Origin: Octopus sinensis
Lineage: Eukaryota
Assembly (NCBI RefSeq): GCF_006345805.1
Contig: NC_043008.1
Span: 15,748,001 to 15,812,000, forward strand
Reading direction: 5' to 3'
Length of the DNA stretch: 64,000 nt
In this document: piece by piece, positions 52,991 to 64,000 of the stretch
How the letters are laid out: every line of letters starts with the position of its first letter
Numbering within the stretch: the stretch's first letter is position 1
Made by a program: the position numbers and the translations under genes
The notes under the pieces: model-generated
Databases searched by the model: none
What the model saw: only the letters and a program-made list of their open reading frames with translations
What the model was told of the DNA's origin: nothing

Positions 52991-54616
52991 AAAATAAAAT
53001 ATAGAAGTTCAAAATACCTGCGTTGCCATGACGTCACTCTCTGTCCAATAAGTGGAGGTCCTCCCGCGTGCGAATGCATTTGAACGTGTTATGACTCTAT
53101 ACAAATGTATAAGTATTGTATTTTTAATTAACTTTAGTTATCTCTCTAGATATATCAAGTACATGTTGAAAACCATCTCTTGATTGCTTTGAAACAGAGT
53201 ACGAATATATCAATGTATAAGTGTGGTAGCAAATAGTTAATAGCAAAGAACAGATGCTATGTTCTGCAAATTGGAAAACCAGAAGAACCTGAGACTTTTA
53301 GAGAGTAGTATACATTCTTCAAAGAACAGTGAAACTGCAAAATCAGAAACAATATTCACAATTAAAATCAATTTGTCCCCGAAAAAACAAAAATCAAGAA
53401 AATATAGTAGTTAAACAGAAAATGCAAAACACGAGAATTGAGCTGCGAGAGGCAGTAATATGGGAATTGAATTATGGGTGGCAACATTATAGGGCATTGT
53501 TACCTCAACAATACCTATTGTAATAGGAGATGTAGTAATAAAACGCGAAATTACGCAAAAAATAAAACCTTCATATAAGTCTTCTGCATGAGAGTTGCAT
53601 GAAATAATTTCCCTGGAGAACTGAGACGCATGCGCATATATTAACCGAAATGCTTAATAACCAACACATGCAATATGTGTTCGATGCATCTCTTGTTCCC
53701 GTAGCACGAGTATCCTTTAACTGAGAAATGAAGATTTCTTTTCTTCTACGTAATAAATCTTCAAACGCTGATATTGTTACAACTGCTATTGTTAGCCCAG
53801 GGTCAGTACTGAGAGAAGAGACCTAATCCCAAAGTCGATCCATCCGTTAGAATCCCGTCTTTTCTTAGTTTGTAAGACGACGTTTATGTAGAATTTTCTC
53901 ATAAATTTTCTCATTATGAAGAATAGAAGGTAGGATATGAATTCCGACTAGTTACAGACCCCATTTGGTACTGTCAAATGGTTTATTGGTACTCCTATAA
54001 CATTTAAAAAATTTCATTTCTATTGTTGAAAAGTTATAAAATATGCGACGTTATTATCAAGCTCTGTTGAAAAATGTTGCAAGTTTCCAATTTTCGTCTA
54101 TATTATTGCCATCATTTTTCTATTTCTGCTATATTCAATGTGCTATTTCTTGGGAGAAAACAATGGTGTTTATGTTGAGGGAAATTTAGAAGGACTGTAC
54201 CCCCCCCCCCAAAAAAAAACCATCATTATTTGCAGATGTTTTTCTTTGTCACTAGTAGTGGCTCTCAGACATTGTACTGTATATTAATATACCTTGCAAA
54301 TCTAATTTCTCCTTCTAGAGAAAAGTCTTCTCTCATTTCTGTTATTGTATACATTGTAAAAGCTTGTAAATTAATAGAAAATAGCGTTTGAGAAGGTATA
54401 GAGATATTCCCTCAAAACCCTTTAATAAACAGGTTAGAAACAACAAAACGAAAATAATCTATGAAGTATATCTTCAATAGATGAAGAATTTAGTTGACAT
54501 CTTCTGCTTACAAAGAACCAAGGAGTTCCAACTTCAGCGTAAAGACAGAACTAGAGTGTTATTAGGTTTTTCAGTGTAACTGAAACAAGTGTTTTTGCAA
54601 TAATATGATTTACATA

Positions 54617-55445
54617 TCTATTTCTTTACTACCCACAAGGGGCAATACGCAGAGGGGACAAACAAGGACAGACAAAAGGATTATGTCGATTACATCGACC
54701 CCAGTGCGTAACTGGTACTTAATTTATCGACCCCGAAAGGATGAAAGGCAAAGTCGACCTCGACGGAATTTGAACTCAGAATGTAACAGCAGACGAAATA
54801 CGGCTATGCATTTCACCCGTCGTGCTAACGTTTCTGCAAGCTCGCCGCCTTAAAATATGATTTATATTCCATCAGAAGGAAGAAAAACAAAGCAGCGTTT
54901 ATAAGTTTAGAACGCAGAAGATAATTGTACGTAACTATAGACCAACAGACATTAAAAATATACATTTCTTTACTACCCACAAGGGGCAATACCCAGAGGG
55001 GACAAACAAGGACAGACAAAAGGATGAAGTCGATTACATCGACCCCAGTGCGTAACTGGTACTTAATTTATCGACCCCGAGGGGATGAAAGGCAAAGTCG
55101 ACCTCGGTGGAATTTGAAATCAGAACGTATCGACAGACGAAATACTTATTTCTTTACTACCCACAAGGGGCTAAACACAGAGAGGACAAGCAAGGACAGA
55201 CGAATATATTAAGTCGATTATATCGACCCCAGTGCGTAACTGGTACTTATTTAATCGACCCCGAAAGGATGAAAGGCAAAGTCGACCTCGGCGGAATTTG
55301 AACTCAGAACGTAACGGCAGACAAAATACGGCTACGCATTTTGCCCGGCGTGCTAACGTTTCTGCAGCTCGCCGCCCTCGACAGACGAAATACTGCTAAG
55401 CATTTCGCCCGGCGTGCTAACGTTTCTGCCAGCTCGCTGCCTCAT
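54617..55445 (-). mobile_element. Array of about 3 SINE family A units plus an extra head fragment
   Basis: Units start near 54617, 54960 and 55147; junction GAAATActTATTTC at 55139-55152. Confidence 0.9.
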
Positions 55446-56349
55446 AATATGATTTACATATCATCAGAAGGATGAAAAGCAAAGTAGTGTTTATAATTGT
55501 ACGTAACTACAGACCAATATACATTAAAAATATAGTTACTATGTTTCTGTTTATCAGTTATCACGTACATTCTGCATAAAATAAAAAATATATAAGTAAT
55601 CAAAAGTAGCGTTAATAATTATAATAGTGACTATAAAATATGTATATTAATCTAATCTCTTTTCTTCTAGAATATATTAACGACACAATATCTGAAATTG
55701 TACTTGGTTTACGTAATTATTTGTCTTACGAATATGTTTCATCTAATCTACAATGTTTTGGTGAAGAATAGTGTGAGAGAAAACTATCTATGAAAATAAT
55801 ATTGGAAAATACATAAAGATAAGAATTTCGTATACCTCCAGGTATTTCCCCAAAGATATAATATTTCAAGTAAGAAATCAATGAATATATTATTTCCAAG
55901 CAGATTTAGTTTGCTCGATGTTAACGAATCTAGAAAAAGCACCCGATGATTCATTTACATACTCTAAGTACATTATTTTGTTTCGTTTAGCCCCAAAACT
56001 ACTGCAGTCTCCATTTTCTAAGCTTACATGGAAACGAAGAATATATGTTGATGATAAAAAGGTTCTTTGGAGTATAAGTGGTGTGCAATATTAAGATATT
56101 AAAGTTTCATAATGAAATTGATGAATATATGAAAGAACACCTCTTGACGCTGTTTCCTGTGTAACTCCACTATCATTTCTAAATTTATTTCACGACAAAA
56201 TATCGTATTTATTTCGAATAAAATTGTAGAAAATGGATTCAGCTTCATTCGATACGTCTTTTGAAAATGAGGACACGCATAAAATTTCCAAGCAATATTT
56301 ATACGATGTATGCTGCGTTTTGTAGCTAACCTTATTTTGATACGTACAA

Positions 56350-56790
56350 AGGCGGCGAGCTGGCAGAAACGTTAGCACGACGGGCGAAGTGCGTAGCCGT
56401 ATTTCGTCTGCCTTTACGTTCTGAGTTCAAATTCCGCCGAGGTCGAATTAGCCTTTCAGCCTTTAGGAGTCGATTAAATAAGTACCAGTTAAGCACTGTG
56501 GTCGATATAATCGACTTAATCCGTTTGTCTGTCCTTGTTTGTCCCCTCTCTGTTTAGCCCATTGTGAACAATAAAGAAATAAGAAACGTTAGCACGCCGG
56601 ACGAAATGAGTAGATATTTCGTTTGCCGTTACGTTCAAATTCCGCCGAGGTCGACTTTGTCTTTCAACCTTTAGGGGTCAATTAAATAAGTACCAGTTAC
56701 GCACTGTGGTCGATATAATCGACTTAATCCGTTTTTCTGTCCTTGTTTGTCACCTCTGTGTTTAGCCCCATGTGGGTAGTAAAGAAAGAA
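56350..56790 (+). mobile_element. Head-to-tail dimer of SINE family A
   Basis: Second unit starts at gaaacgttagcacgcc directly after aataaagaaataa. Confidence 0.9.
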
Positions 56791-56999
56791 ATAATTTTCT
56801 GTTCTCTTAACTGATATCACCTTCCTCTCTCAAAGTGTTCTTTTCACCATCCAAGAAAACATTCACATACTTTTAATTCTGATATTTAATTTAGCAGTGA
56901 TATTAATTGTAACCACAATATTCGTAGAGACTCTATTGGATACACCAGTATCCAGTTGAACTTTCTTCACTTATCCTTTTGATTTTTCTTATCACTAGG

Positions 57000-57460
57000 A
57001 CTGATTTCAAATTTTGCCACAAGGTCAGCAATTTTAGGTAGTGAGGTAAGTTGATTACATCGGCCCAGTACTGAACTAGTACTTATTTTATCAACCACGA
57101 AGAGATGAATGGCAAGCTGGGACTCGGCGGATTTTGAACTGAGAGCGTGAAGACATATATATTGTTACCAAGTATTTTTGCCCCTTTGTGCTAAGGTTTC
57201 TGCTGGTTCACCAATCGTATCTTTAAGATTAATATTTACACTTAGGCGATGAGCTGCCAGAATCGTTAGCACGCTGGGCGAAATGCTTAGCAAGCATTTC
57301 GTTCGCATTTACGTTCTGAGTTCAAATGCCACCGAAGACAACTTTGCTTTTCATCATTTTGGGGTCGATAAAATAAGTTGCAGTTAAACGCTGAGGTCGA
57401 CATAATTGACTTTCCCTTCCCTTAAAATTGCAGTCCTTCTGCCAAGATTTCAAACCAATA
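57000..57460. mobile_element. Head-to-head pair of old SINE A-variant copies (- then +)
   Basis: 57000-57225 (-) and 57245-57460 (+). Confidence 0.65.
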
Positions 57461-57666
57461 TCAAAGATGAGATTTCATTATTTACAGATATGTACTCGTA
57501 GCATTAACAACCGAATAACTATTTAGTGCACGAAAGAATTTGCATATATATCCCTCTAAATATCTACTTACTTATACTCACACACACACACACCAGCATA
57601 TATATATACGCACACACACACACACACACATACACACACACACACATATATATACATGAAAGTATG

Positions 57667-57730
<64 letters not shown>

Positions 57731-58419
57731 TGTATAATAAATGTATGTTTATATATATATATTCATATATATATATATGAATATATATATAGATATAAAC
57801 ATACATTTATTATACATATACATACATAATTTAATATAATATATATATATATATATATATGTAAAATAAACACTGTATGCCTTGCCGATACTTGTTTACA
57901 TTTTGGATATATGATTTCATTTATTAAATATGTGCTAGAGACTAATATCAGGTTGCTGACGTAAGATAACCGCGCTGGTTTATTGATGAGATTTTGCGCA
58001 CAATCAATCAATTGATATATTATGAAGGTTCATAATGACCGAAACGTCAGAATATTTGCTCAGTAATCTAGTACGTTTCCTAACGATTATACTATATACC
58101 AAGTTACGATGGGTTTTGTTACAGAATAGGAAGAGAAAATTACATATTAGAAATATTAGCCATGCACAAATATGCTGTTACTACACAACTATTTTATCGA
58201 ACTTCTATATATTTATGTATTCAACATATCCACAGAGACAAACTTTATATATTTACGTGCGTGTGTGTTTATTTACCGCAATTGCAAGTCATCAGATTGT
58301 GTAATTTGTAATGGTTTTCTCTATATATGCACAGGTTTCCAGTGATGTGCACACACACACACGCACGCGCGAGCACACACACATATGTGAAGACTAGACT
58401 AAGAAGACTAGACTTAACT

Positions 58420-59385
58420 ACTTATCCAAAAGCACCACCCATCCATCCTTCTATCATCTAATCAAAACCCACAAACCCGGACCTAAGCTTAAAACTAGAT
58501 CCATAGAATCAAGAATTAATGGTCCTTTCTATAAGATTATTTGGCTCCTTTATACACTTCTCAAGGTTTTTTGCACCCATTTCCCGGATACGTCAGCGGT
58601 TCCCACGAAATTTTCACAAGTCTCAAAGATATTGACCCCTCCATACTCAAAACTAACAAATACCCTCTCAGGTTAGACGTAATAGTCCTTTACACTTCCG
58701 TACCTGCTCTCCAGGCTGTCGATATTCTTATAGACGACATCACATCCTTCATATCATTATCTCCTGCTACACCCTCTTCGTCCTTACCTGCTTCTTCATC
58801 TGATCATCTCTCAACTGCAACCTCTTCCTCTCCATCTTTCCTTTCATCTTCTCCCGCTTTCCCAACAATCAGCCTCCAGCTCTTTGGACTCCCACCTACG
58901 GACATACGAGAATTACTAACCATTATAGTTAGTAACACTTATTTCTAATACAACGGTGTGGTTTACAAACATACTTCCTTTGGCCTATCAATGGGATCCA
59001 GCCTTTCAGGGATGCTGGCCAACACGTACATGGATAAGTTAGAATGCACAGAGCTCAACACATGCGGCACATGTATAGTCTTCCCAAGATACGTTGATGA
59101 TATCCTTATCATCTCGTTCTCCAGGCTTCGGCAAGCCATTGACATACACCGGGCCTTCAATAACATCAACATATACACAAAATTCGAGATCGAAAATCCA
59201 ATCGAGTCCGGAACCCTCTCTCAGTTCGTCTTTCAACTCAGGATCACAGATGAAGGCTCCATATGTATTAACTTCTATAGTAAAGCCGCTAGCAGAAAAC
59301 TTTTCGTTCACTACCAATCAGCGTTACCCGCCAGAGCCAAAGCCGATTACGGGAGAAACGAGATTGCACGAATAAGCAACAAATG
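58420..59385 (+). mobile_element. Penelope-like element reverse transcriptase fragment (pseudogene)
   Basis: PSFYHLIKTHKP, LDVIVLYTSVP, NTYF*YNGVVYK..GLSMGSSLSGMLANTYM, RYVDD (59090-59101), FYSK...HYQSALP; stops and frameshifts; cut at 59386 by a SINE C. Confidence 0.88.
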
Positions 59386-59464
59386 GTGGCTTCTTGGGCA
59401 AGTGTATTTTACTATAGCTTTGGGCTGACCAAAGCATTGTGAGTGAAACTGAAAGAAGCCCGTC

Positions 59465-59524
<60 letters not shown>

Positions 59525-59730
59525 TTGTGTGTCTGTGTTTGTCCCCCTAGCATTGCTTGACAACCGATGCTGGTGTATTTATGTCCCCGTTACTTAGCGG
59601 TTCGGCAAAAAGAGAGCGATAGAATAAGTACTGGGCTTACAAAAGAATAAGTCCCGGGGTCGAGTTGCTCGATTAAAGGCGGTGCTGCAGCATGGCCGCG
59701 GTCAGATGACTGAGACACGTAAAAAGAGTA
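59386..59730 (+). mobile_element. 5'-truncated SINE family C abutting the PLE
   Basis: Family C body and tail. Confidence 0.9.
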
Positions 59731-60256
59731 AAAAAAAAGAGAGGTGCTGTGTGGCCGAATGATTAAGCAGCTTACTTCCAAAGGACGAGGTTCTGACCTA
59801 GCATTTTAGGCCAACTTCTTTTTCTAGAAGTAGTTGAGATCGCTCCATACCTTTTGATGAGCATCGGCTACTCAGAAGCAGAGTAGAGAGAATCGCACAC
59901 GTGATTCAAGAGGAACAATCTTGTCACTCTCGACCTGTCATGTCCAATGAGTCTGATAATTTCATTAACGTGCACGTGACAGAGGACTCGACAGAGAAGC
60001 GTACCCTCGACGTAGGATATTAGAGACATTCAGATTCACACAGGATGTGACATGACTGGTCGTTTGAATTGTAAGTGCGTATATTTCAACAAACACACAC
60101 GTCATTCGGGGTGAGAATTCAATTGTCATTTTTTGGCTCTGTTCAATAACAGTTGGGTGGACTTAAACAAAATGAAATGGAGGGTCTTACTCAAGGATGG
60201 ATGGATGGATGGATTGATGGATGGATGGATGTATGGATGTATAATTATTAGTTTAA

Positions 60257-60380
60257 AGAGACCGATAGAATAAGTACTAGGCATCCAAAGAATAAGTCCT
60301 AGGGTCGATTTGCTCGACTAAAAGGCGGTGCTCCAGCATGGCCACAGTCAAATTACTGAAACAAGTAAAAGAGTAAAGAA
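60257..60380 (+). mobile_element. SINE family C 3' fragment
   Basis: gagaccgatagaataagtactaggcatccaaag...gactgaaacaagtaaaagag. Confidence 0.85.
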
Positions 60381-60394
60381 TATATATATATATA

Positions 60395-60769
60395 TTTATT
60401 GTCAATAATAAAAGGGTAAAATTAATTATTATTAATTAATTTTACCAAGTAGTGTTCAGTATGTAAAAAGACCATTTACGGTATATTTAAAACATTACGT
60501 TATACAATTATGGTTCAGTAAAATAATTTACTTTACCACACACCGAACTTTTAGAAATAGCAACCAAAATATTTTAGCTATTTCCTCTACTATAAGAAAA
60601 GTCTCCCAGACAATGTATACTCAAAAATAATTCACGCAGGTATAGAGGGAAAAATAACAAAAGATCACGCGTATATCGATTACTTGAGAACGCCAATTCT
60701 GGATTAGTTGGATATAGAGATCAACATTTCCGTCATCAGCTCAAGATTTCTTTAGATTTGGATAATTAT

Positions 60770-60770
<1 letters not shown>
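60395..60770. repeat. About 380-bp AT-rich unclassified insertion within (TA)n
   Basis: Bounded by TA repeats and absent from the paralogous segment near 62720-62790. Confidence 0.5.
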
Positions 60771-60840
<70 letters not shown>

Positions 60841-62239
60841 AGTTAGATGATGCAAAAAATTATGGTTTTTATTTTCTGAACATATACATTTATCAAGTTA
60901 ACTTTCGAAATAGAACGCCTTGGCTGCTGTCTTTTCTTTAAAGAAGTACGAGATAAATCTGCCACACCCGCATCCGGATATGTTTTCATGTAACAGGCAA
61001 ACATAGCGAATCGAACCCATAGTGAATCGAACGCAAATCTTAAAGCCAAATGCCTTCTTTTAATCATTCTATATATCATCGGGAACAAACTGTCTTGAAA
61101 TGGACTATTGGAGAAACATAAGTTAGGGTACTTAAAACATGTCAAAGGCAATCTAGTACTCAGACGCACCTAAGCCTAACCAGAAGAAATTTTAGCTCAT
61201 CTGAAATATTGAATCACTGTGAGTGAGAGCTGTGTCAGATTATACCATTGATTTCAGTCAGCATGTGTATACTTTTGTCTCTCCACTCACAACTGTATAT
61301 TTATAGAGTACATATATGTCTGCGTACGTCACCGAATGAGTCGGTTCGGTTCCTATATTCTATATATGTGTTCATACACATGCTCATATTATGCTGTTCC
61401 GAATGTGTGGAGCTATACATTAATTTCTGTGTCGCAATCAGTAGGTGTTTTTTCATGGTAGAGCGAGCACCAATATCTGTCTATTATGTACGTATATCTG
61501 TGATCATGTATATATATATATATTTATATAGGAATGTATTTATAAATGTACGTATTTATATCAGAATAAATGTATATATGCACAGATTTAAGCAAGCATA
61601 GAAGCACATACGGTTATATATTCAATGTAATTCTATTCGAGTGTGTGTTTAGCGAGTGTATATAAATGTGTTTGTATGTATATCATTGTGATTCGTCAGT
61701 GTCTATTTAGCGGAAACAAAAGGAAACATCAGTCTATGCTATGAAGAGAATAAATTAAAATCTTTCTTGTGTTTCTAGGATATCATTTCGTTCCATTTCA
61801 CGCTTGGTTTGTTATTTTCAATCATGTATTTAACCTTGTTTATTCATGAAATACTTTCAAACTAAACACTTATTTATTGCAATGAAACAGTTAAATTAGA
61901 ACCAGAAACCATTTCTTTTCTCTACTCGCATGGTTTAACATTCTATCGTAATTACAATTTAATTTTTTGACAGGGTATACTTGCCTACATGTCGAAGATG
62001 GCGCAGAGGCGTTCATGATTTTCCCAACTGCATTAGCTTCATAATTAATACGAAATAATTCCGAAGTGGGCTAATCAATTTGTGAGACCTTTATTGATAG
62101 CGTGCTCGTGTGCAGAAAACGAAATAATAAACAGGATTAACTGATTGAAACGACTTAAAATGTTAATTGATGTAAATACTAATTTATATCCTTATGGCAA
62201 TCTGCCTCTCTCTCTCATTCTCTCTACCTCTCTCTCTTA

Positions 62240-62322
<83 letters not shown>

Positions 62323-62325
62323 ATA

Positions 62326-62722
62326 TAGGCTTAGAAGTGGCTGTGTGGTAAGTAGTTTGCTTACCAATCACATGGTTGCAGGTTGAGACCCACTGCGTGG
62401 AACCTTGGGCAAGTATCTTCTATTATAACCATGAGCCGACTAAAGCCTTGTGAGTGGTTTTGGTAGACGGAAACTGAAAGAAGCCCGTCGTATACATATA
62501 TATATATATGTGTTTGTGTGTCTGCCCCCTCCCCCCTAGCATTGCTTGACAACCGATGGTGGTATGTTTAAGTACCCGTAACTTAGCGGTTCGATGAAAG
62601 ACAACAATAGAATAAGTACTAGGCATCCAAAGAATAGGTCCTGGGGTCGATTTGCTCGACTAAAACGCGGTGCTCTAGCATGGCCTCAGTTAAATAACTG
62701 AAACAAGTAAAATAGTAAAGAG
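62326..62722 (+). mobile_element. SINE family C copy
   Basis: Full head, body and tail; shares the ggcatccaaag variant with 60257. Confidence 0.9.
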
Positions 62723-62723
62723 A

Positions 62724-62790
<67 letters not shown>

Positions 62791-63276
62791 CCAGTTAGAC
62801 GATGACAAAAATGAGATTTTTGTTTTCTGAACATATAATATATTTATCAATTTAACGTTCGAATCAGAACTCCTTGGCTGCTGCCTTTTCTGTTAGAAGT
62901 ACGTAATAAATTTGTCACATACGCATCCGGATATGTTTTCATGTAACAGGCAAACATTGTCTTTTCTCTTCCTAGACGGGCCACGTCTGCTAGCTAAAAA
63001 TAGTAGAGCCACTCCCGGAATACGATTCCCCAGAGGTCCCATTGATAAAGGGGTTATAAGACACACAACAACACACATCCTATTCAAAAGCTGCCTTTAA
63101 TCTCCGCCGTGTGATTAATCAATACTTTAGTAGATTAAATGCAATTTATCGTGATCCAATTACCTGATTTCAATATGCAGATTTAGTTTGAAAATCATGA
63201 AAAGTTCCACAATTTCCTATGAGTCACTTTTGATAGTCTGAGACTGAATCACTTTGTAATGATACAAAGCTGTATG

Positions 63277-63494
63277 CGATGGCGTGCTGAAAAGTTCCTG
63301 GCTTTGGTTAACAGAAAATACGGGAGGATCAGTTAATTATTATTTTTTAAAAGCATATTCCACTCTCGGGTTCACACACTTATTACAGCAGTCCTTCAGT
63401 TTTTCTAAACACTGTAAAAGGACTCGGAAGTTTGGGCCTTCAACCAGGCCATTAGCAATACTCTTAAAGCCAGAAACTTTTCAGCACACTCTCG
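63277..63494. mobile_element. Mariner-derived MITE (218 bp, about 29-bp TIRs)
   Basis: Left cgatggcgtgctgaaaagttcctggcttt; right aaagccagaaacttttcagcacactctcg; flanked by TG (possibly a mutated TA) and TA. Confidence 0.85.
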
Positions 63495-64000
63495 TATAGT
63501 ATACACCTTATATAGATTTGTTTTTTCGTCTTGAATCTTATCATTTCAAATAACGTAGAGGAATTAAAATTCTTAAGAAAAACATTGTCACCGGAATATC
63601 TCATTTAGCTGTTTCCAAAATCTACTGCTTGAATGCATATATAAGGAACATTTATTTTTAATGGTTAATGAAAATATTTCATGGATTTGTTCTTACCTAC
63701 ATTACTTCATTAGATAATTACTCGAATTGGGAAAGAGATAATATTACTGGGCACTGTTATGAGAGCAATTGAAATATTACCCATATTCTATATATACTGG
63801 GTGTATATATACAGGGTGTATTTACAAAGGGCGGAATAGATTATGAGCGGCCAACGGCCATCCAGCAATACGTGTACATGTGTATCCATGCATGTATATA
63901 TATCTGTATACATACGTATGTGTGTATGCATGAATCTTTGTTTGTCTGTCTGTAAGCATGTATGTGTCTATCTATATATCTATCAACATTTCTATCTATT

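Noticed and set aside
54040-54400. Minus-strand FLPRNSTLNIAEIE resembling a Tc1/IS630 PxYSPxLNPIE motif
   Set aside because: A single weak motif amid stops.
60715-60745. Minus-strand CTGATGA-CG-GAAA-TGTTGA-TC
   Set aside because: Stem II is essentially absent and stem I does not pair; not called a hammerhead.
61680-61700. Minus-strand CTGACGA followed by an ATCA/TGAT hairpin
   Set aside because: Followed by ATAC instead of GAAA, with no stem I or III.
63810-63860. TACAGGGTG Tc1-type TIR start
   Set aside because: No partner TIR or transposase sequence within the window.

Overview
AT-rich eukaryotic, intergenic/intronic-looking DNA saturated with microsatellites ((TA)n, (CA)n, (TATC)n, (TATG)n, (AAT)n, (TTC)n) and interspersed repeats. 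The repeat families look like those of octopus/cephalopod genomes (recognition from memory, not verified). I could not support any host protein-coding exon; almost all listed ORFs are simple-repeat or SINE artefacts. The main element is a young, GC-rich, near-full-length L1-group/Tx1-like non-LTR retrotransposon (about 38783-44311, +). It has ORF1 with a CCHC knuckle and ORF2 with APE, RT and C-terminal Cys/His domains, and it sits inside a (TATC)n tract on both sides. Its five frameshifts all lie in short homopolymer or dinucleotide runs and there are no nonsense stops, so it may be intact in vivo. The window also holds one textbook minimal type-I hammerhead ribozyme (29961-30005, -) plus four degenerate or variant hammerhead-like motifs, one at the tail of a tRNA-headed SINE-like element. 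Other content: Penelope-like RT and GIY-YIG remnants, a CR1-like LINE 3' fragment, Tc1/mariner relics (DD37D, DD36E, mariner, a MITE), two long inverted-repeat pairs, and many copies of at least three tRNA-derived SINE families.
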